Shown in pieces: positions 56,547 through 64,000 of a stretch of DNA of 64,000 nt (within the stretch, counting starts at the first letter, position 1; each line of letters starts with the position of its first letter). Position numbers and translations under genes: made by a program. The stretch is from the human T2T-CHM13v2.0 reference genome, Homo sapiens. Where the stretch lies: NCBI RefSeq assembly GCF_009914755.1, contig NC_060946.1. The stretch is one strand, 5' to 3'. Under the pieces are notes generated by a model that saw only the letters and a program-made list of their open reading frames with translations, ran no database searches and had not been told where the DNA came from.

Positions 56547-56786
56547 TTATAGCAGTGGGGTAGGATTTTAGCGCCATCTTGCTCCCTGTCCATACATCCT
56601 TCCTCAGGGTTAAAGCAGTGGGCTGGGACTGGCATCCTCTTGCTCCTGTCCATGCGTCCTTCCCCAGGGTTATAGCAGTGGGCTGGGACTGGCACCCTCT
56701 TCTCCCCGTCCATACATCCTTCCTCAGGGTTATAGCGGTGGGCTGGGACTGGCACCCTCTTGCTCCCTGTCCATACGTCCTTCCCC
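56547..56786. repeat. 60-bp minisatellite, ~4 copies
   Basis: Successive 60-nt sequence lines align (ccatacatccttcctcagggttatagcagtgggctgggactggcaccctct). Confidence 0.96.
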
Positions 56787-57535
56787 TAATTCCTAATGCA
56801 ATGGCTTTAGTTTCTTTAACTCAGTGGGAACAACAAACAAACAGAAAATGTCTTTCTCTTTGTTATAACACATCTGAATTGGAAAAGGACCAACAAGATA
56901 AAAGGTTGTGGTGGAAATGGTGCCAGATTAGAAATTAATTCAGGATACCTGGGATCTATTTCAGCTTTGGTGTATTAAGCCATGAGACCTTGGGGAGGTC
57001 ACTTCCTAAAGGGCATAAAGATGGCCAGGGTCGCGAAACCCAGTGTCTGCAACCAGGAAGTCAGGTGATATAGAAGAACAGGTCTGCTGATGGACAGAGC
57101 GAGGTGGGGCGGGCGCCCTTGCATGAAAGTCACATGGACTTGGGGGCACGCCCTGGTTCCCACTTATTGATAGGATGATCTGGGGCAAGTCAACTCCTTC
57201 TTTCTGAGCCTCAGCTTCCCCATTTGTAAGGTAAGGAAAATAGTAATCATCTCAAAGGGCTGTTGAGAGAATGCACAGGGGAAGAGCTTGGTAAGCCAGA
57301 AAGCATGAGTCAAATAGGAGATACTTTCATTACTCTAGACACTTAGGAGCAAGGAATATTAATCACATAGTCCTCAAGGGGACCAAGGCTAAATAACAAT
57401 AGCTACAATAACAACAATTAGTATCTTATTGAGTGCTTACTATGTGCCAGACACTGTTTTGAATGCTTTGAATGTATGAACTCATTTCATCTTTTTTTTA
57501 AAGTGTAACATGACATATACACAGTAAATTAGTAA

Positions 57536-57853
<318 letters not shown>

Positions 57854-58333
57854 AAGTGCTCTAATCTTAAGAGTACTTCTTGATGAAGTTTTACATTGGT
57901 ACATATCATATGAGCTCATTTAGTCTTCAAGGCAACCCTACACTGTTTATTTCCATTTTACAGATGTGAAAACCGAGGCAGAGCCAGGACTCAAATCCAG
58001 ACAGTCTGCATGCTGGTAGCCATGCAGTACTGCCCGGGCAATCCAGTATATCAAGATGGAGAGTGTCTGGAGTGACTGGGAGTCTGACAGGTGAAGCCAA
58101 TGGAGGATTCTGCCTTAGTAGGAAACTTTTTTTCTGTTTGTTTTTGTTTTGTTTTTTCACTTCCCCAGGTGAGGAAAGGCCAGGATCCCAAGCTCAGGGA
58201 AGAAAGTAGATGAAGCTGAAAGGAAAGGGGAAGGAGATCAGGGTATGGAAAAGCAGGCTGAGATAGTAGGGGGAGGATTTGAGGGAAGCGGACAATTGCT
58301 GCTGATGACTGATGCCTCCAAAATTTGGTGTAG

Positions 58334-58642
<309 letters not shown>

Positions 58643-61600
58643 GAAGACCCCATTTTTAATCAGCTTTCTTAAGGAACTGGCAGACAGAGGATCAAGCACA
58701 GAAACAAAATGTCCCCGTTTTCTGTAACTGCTCACCACTCCCAGGCTGGGGCCCACTCATTTCCCCATGGATGTCACCCCCAACCCCCAACTTCACCCTT
58801 TGTAGAGAAGCCGGCAAAGACTGCGTTGAGAAAGCAAGTTTGGAAGAGAATGACCCAACAGCCTCACTGCTGCGGGTGCTGGAGGAACCAGTGGGCTGCT
58901 TTCGGATCACGAGAAATGGATCAGAAACACAGCAGAAGGCAGCCTCGTGGCCTGGAAGAACACTGGGCTGGAAGGCAGGTTCTGGTCTTGGCTGGGGTTC
59001 CAGTGTTGGCTCTGGCTGTGGATTTACATAATCTCCCGCTAATATCCCAAACTGGGGGAAGTCACGTGATGTCTCTGACTCTTGGTGCCTCCCCACTATG
59101 GAATTAGGGGCATTTAAAACTTACTGCAAATTCTATCTCCTGACTGGAGACCCCAAGGCGTGAATCTGAACTCAGCCCCTTCAGCAGGTTGAAGTTCACA
59201 TGTGTGAACATTGCAGTGGTGGGGAGCAATGGCAAGCCTCTGCCATCTGTCCTCATTCTGATTCATGGACATTCTTCCTCCCTCATAGTCTCTCTCCTCA
59301 AAGCTCTTAAGTAGGTTGTGAAATCATGACTGAGCCGATTGACATCATCTCCTTATTTGGGAGGCAGGAAGTTGTTCCCCACCCCCACCCTCTTGTCCTT
59401 CCAGGGCCCCATCCTGCGCCCCCACCCCACCCCACTGTCCAGTTTCCGGCTTCCTGAGGGTCTTTGAGACCTCGCCGTTTGCTGGCCTGGATGACAACTA
59501 TTTTTCCCTGGTTTGAGAGCGAGAGAGTGTGTGAGTGTGGACTGTGTGCACCAGAGGGCCAGAGGGGCAGTGGTGAGGGTCACTCAGAACAAGCCAGTCC
59601 CAAGAAGTTAAAATTAGCTCTGGGAACTGGAATGTCGGGGTCTTCAAGGAGCAGCAGCTGTGAAAAGAAAGTACAAGGCGAGGAAAGAAAATACACCCCA
59701 TCCCACACCCGCCACAAACCTCGCTCGCCCACTTCATCTGCCCTGGGGTCTCTGCAGCTTCTCACTCCTCCCGGGATATCTCTGGCCAAGTCCTTGAGGC
59801 CGATCAGTGGGAATTTCCCCCTGTATGCTGTCATTTTCCTCTCTGGTAACCACAGAACAAGGTGGCTGAGGATTCCTGATAGGACAAGGTTTAATTGAAA
59901 AACAGGAAAGTGGAGGACAACTTTGGGGCTGGGGTGGTGACGATAATGAGAAAATGACAGGCGAGAAGGTGACAGTGGAGGAGGGTCGCATAGCAAGGAG
60001 GGTTCGCCACAAACGGAAACTACTCCTGGGAGAGCTGGACACGTGAGCGTTAAGAGTTTGGGCATGGCTGGCAGGAGCGGGAGGCCTGGGAAAGGCTAGA
60101 GATAGAGAAGGGGAGGAGGAAGGCTGGGGGACTGTGCACCCCTTTGCACAGAGACAAAGATTGGGTGTTCAAAAAAAGATCACACACCACTGAATGCAGG
60201 ATCTTGTGTTTTTGAATGGTTGGAGCTTATGTGTCAAACTCAGGCTGTGTGGAAGAACCTTAGAGAAGGGCCAGGAGCCAATCTGAGATGGAGAACTTAT
60301 AGAGAGTAATCCCTTATAAGCTGGGTCTGAGATTCCAGTCCTGTAAACCCAGGGGCCCTCCAAGCACTAGGCTTCCTCTTCCAGCTCTTTGTCCAGATGA
60401 GAGAGGCTGGTTTTCAAGGTTTTTGTTGTTGTTGTTCGTTTGTTTGGTTTTTGTTTCTGCTGAAAAACCAGGTAGCTTGCACCTCTGTGGTTTGGAGAAC
60501 TGGAGGAGGTATTTGGAGCCATACAATTCTGCCCGACATGGGGAGAAAGACTGGGGCGTGGGTGAGATATAGAGCCTTTGGAAAAGGCACTTAGGGAAGG
60601 GATCAGGTGGAAGTGGGTATGTGCTGAGCACCTTTTGTGCTTTCCATGACCCCAGCTGTGTATCTGCAGGCTTTCTTCTTCTACTTCTCATGATCACCTA
60701 GAATAGAAGCTCCAGGAGGAAGAAACATGTACAATTTTCTTTACCAAGAAATTCCCAGCACTGGAAACAATGCCTGGCACATAGTAGGCCCTCCACAACA
60801 ACCTGTTCAATCAGCGTGATACAGCAGTTCTGCAAGGTCACTGCTGTTGCCATCTTTTATAGATGAGGGACCTGATGCTCAGAGAAGTGGAATCATTTTC
60901 TCAATGACCCACAGTGAATGAAAGCCAAGATTTGAATCTCCGCACCCAGAAGGCCATACCTATTGCATCGCACAGCCAATCCTATTCTTATGCACTGCTG
61001 TTTCACATCATCACCTGATTTTGTCCTAGGCTCCTGTCCCCACCTCCGTGAGCCCTTCTACTTTCATCATGTCACTGAGAACCAAACATCTTGATGTTTT
61101 CCCCCAGGTACCCAGTCTAGGATTCCCAGATATGCTCCAATTCATCCTTCCTCTAAATAAATAAAGTATCAGTCCCTTGTACCCTTCAGAATAAACCTTT
61201 CCAGAGGTTTACTTTGGTTGAGTGGGAATGGGTATAGACAGATTCTAGCTGAATGCTGCACTGACTGGGCAACACTCCAGATTATAGAATTAAATACGCT
61301 GATACTAAAATACAGGACTTACGTGTGCAATTCTGATAGACAGTTGGGTATCCACAGTAGACCATTTGCGACCCCATGGTCTCAACTTCCTTCTTTCCCC
61401 TGACAGTTCTTACATCTCTCCCTCCCTTCCAAATCCAAATCAGTTATAGGCCTGTGCCTTCCGGAATAGAATGAATCCTATTCTCCAATCATCGGAATTG
61501 ACTCAATCCCTACTGCGCATTAGGGATGCTACACATGTTATTTGTGTACTTTGCACACCTGCCTACTCACAACTCCTTTTCCTCTGCCCACAAGCACACT

Positions 61601-61786
61601 TGGGGTTTTGCTTTCGTAAATAAAGTCAAGTGTTCTTCTGACCCTCAAGTAGCCTTCTCTTCTTATTTTTGTCTCCACGTTTCTTAAAGGAATATTATCT
61701 GGTTACTGCTTTCATGTCCCCTGCAATCCAGTTTCTGCTCCCACTACTTTCCTAGGATTGCTCCTTCAAATGATTGCTGGTGACTT

Positions 61787-61823
61787 CACACACACACACA
61801 CACACATACATGCACACACACAC
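61787..61823. repeat. (CA)n microsatellite
   Basis: Read directly. Confidence 0.92.
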
Positions 61824-61829
61824 TCTTAT

Positions 61830-62600
61830 TTGCATGATTTATCTTCCCTCATTTTGAGATCCATGTTTTGACTGAATTTTCATTTGATTGGAATACATCC
61901 TTAAGTAATTTCCTCAGAAAGGGCCTATGGATGGTATCCTAGGGTGTTAGAGCCCCTCTAATATGAATGGCATCATGACTAGGTAAGGGAATTCTAGTTC
62001 ATATTCATGTCTTTCATTAGTGTAAGAACATTATTCCACTGTCTTTGAACTTACATTGTTGCAGATGAGTAATCCGGTATCAGCTTTCTTTTCTTTTATT
62101 TTCTTTGTAAGTAGACTGTAATCTTTCTTTCTCTGAAAACATTTAGGATTTTCTCTTTAGAGCTCAGAATTGTCACCAGATTTTGTCTTTGTATTGATTT
62201 TATCATTCATCTTTCTAGGACTTGGGGACTCTTCTCTACCAACACTTCCTTCTCTTGTTGATCTCACTCAGCCTCATGACTTTAAACATAATCTATGTGT
62301 TAACTACTCCCAAATTTACCTAGACTCAATTGCTTCTTCAACATCTTCCCCTGGATGTCTAACACGCATTTCTAGTTTAACATGTCACCCCTTTGATCAG
62401 ACAAATTAGGTATTTCTTTAGTTCAGAGACATTTTCTTCTATTATATCTTTAAAAGTATCATTTCTCTTCCAGTTACTCCTCTCTCTCCTTCCAAAGTTC
62501 CAATTATTTGCACATAGCTCTGTTGGGTCTGTTCCTTCATGCCCCCTATCTTTTTGCTCATGATTTCCTTTTCTTTGCATTTCTGCTAAGTGCCCTGAGA
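61830..62600 (-). mobile_element. Old L1M ORF1 antisense fragments interleaved with L2
   Basis: ttattccactgtcttt..ttgttgcagatgag; ttcagagacattttcttctattatatcttt. Confidence 0.65.
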
Positions 62601-63129
62601 TAACCCAGCTCTGGCTTCCTTCTGGGAAAATTCAGTGGTCTTTCTCCTTCTCCTTGGTCTCCCTGAATAACTTTATACTCCTTTTCTTTCAACTGTCTCA
62701 TTTCTAGGCTGCTGGAAAGACATGCTTCATCTACATATTCACCCCTTTCTCTGCCTTCTTTGATGGATGGCTTTCCTCTTTTTACCCCTAAAATTAGGAT
62801 GTTTCCCAAGTTTATGCCCAACTCTCTTCTCTTTATATTTCTTTCCTGGGAGACCTCACCTACATTCTCAGGTTCAATCGCCGCCTCTTTGCTGATGATT
62901 CTACCTTTATCCCAGACCTCCTTCTGAGCTCCAAGCCATATATGTATAATCAACTGCTTCCTGGATATCTAATGTGTGTATCCCATGGGCATTTCAAATA
63001 TATGTTCAAAACAAATCTTGCCTTTCTATGTACTATAAACACTCTGTTTTATCTTATTTTTTTCTCTTGGTTGCAAAAATATACCACATCTGAACATGGC
63101 TGGAGAAAACTGTGACCATGAACTGCAGG

Positions 63130-63925
63130 ACTTATCCCATAGTACTTCCTGAGCCCATTCATTCTCCTACTCTTCCAGGCAACTATTTAACATTGCTTCC
63201 TTTCATCTCACACTTCTCATATGTCCTTCTCCTCTAGATTCTCAGTGACGATGATTTTGTTTCAAATTTCATTGAAAACATTAGAAGCAATAAGAAGAGA
63301 ACTGCCAAAGCTCTCAGCACCACATCTACCCACCTTCCAGTACCTATTCCATATACCCTGCTTTCCCTCTTGCTCCTTTGCATGAACCCTGTGCTCCTAC
63401 TCCATGGAAACCCTTCACTTGTGCTCTAGGTATCACCCCTTTCACCGATTCTAGGACAATGCTCCACCCACATCTCCTCTTTCTCCGGCATCCACTTTTC
63501 TTTTTCTAATGGATCATTTCCATTCATTTCAACACGCCATTGTAATATCTTCCTTAAAAATAAAAACCCTTTCTTGACCCTATATTCACCATCAATTACC
63601 ACCCATTTCCCCCCTGTTCTACTTTACAGCAAAAAGTCTATACCTCTGGATTCTGCTCTCTCTCTTTCATTCTCTCTTGACCTCACTCCCATCCCTCCAC
63701 CTGCTATGGTCATCAATGACCTCCATGTTGCCAAATATAATGGCAGAATTTCAGCTCTTGTTTTACTTCGCTATGAAGCTGCACTTGACATAGTTGATCA
63801 TTCCACCTCTTTGAAACACTTTCCTCACTTGGCTTCTGGGACACCACTCTCTCACTCTTGATTCTCATCAGCTGAGTTGAACTCAGTCACCTTTGCCGGT
63901 GGCTCCTTATCTCCCTGACTTCTGT
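63130..63925 (+). mobile_element. L2 ORF2 (RT region) fossil
   Basis: Translation VINDLHVAKYNGRISALVLL..AALDIVDH matches the L2 RT motif. Confidence 0.85.
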
Positions 63926-63926
63926 G

Positions 63927-64000
63927 TTTTTTTTTTTTTTTGGAGACTGAGTTTTGCTCTTGTTGCCCAGGCTGGAGTACAGTGGCGCGATCTCGGCTCA
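63927..64000 (-). mobile_element. Alu (Sq/Sp-like) 3' end, running off the right edge
   Basis: Poly(T) then gagttttgctcttgttgcccaggctggag. Confidence 0.93.

Noticed and set aside
56547-56786. Regular repeats as a CRISPR-like array
   Set aside because: No unique spacers; ordinary tandem repeat in primate DNA

Overview
Primate (most likely human) non-coding genomic DNA, either intergenic or inside a long intron. It is dominated by interspersed repeats: about 14 Alus (J, S and Y subfamilies), young and old L1 fragments, many L2/MIR/L3 fossils, MaLR LTRs (MSTA, MSTB, THE1B, MLT1), a 5'-truncated HERV-L with a complete MLT2A1-type LTR, and hAT DNA-transposon fossils (MER81, MER63, MER20B). It also holds two minisatellites, two exact short tandem duplications and several microsatellites. 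I see no credible protein-coding gene, RNA gene, CRISPR array or CpG island, and I cannot name the locus. The ORF track is explained by repeats or chance. I found no convincing new biological system. The best leads are: (i) a MER20B fossil hit by five nested insertions, including an apparently one-ended HERV-L whose LTR has altered DUX4-type sites; (ii) unusually perfect nuclear-receptor element clusters at 45.6 and 47.6 kb; (iii) a triple ACGTGGC cluster at 18.2 kb; (iv) a possible spliced + strand exon chain at 37.9-39.9 kb; (v) a twin-primed L1 and several hairpins. Repeat subfamily names come from remembered consensus sequences and need RepeatMasker/Dfam confirmation.
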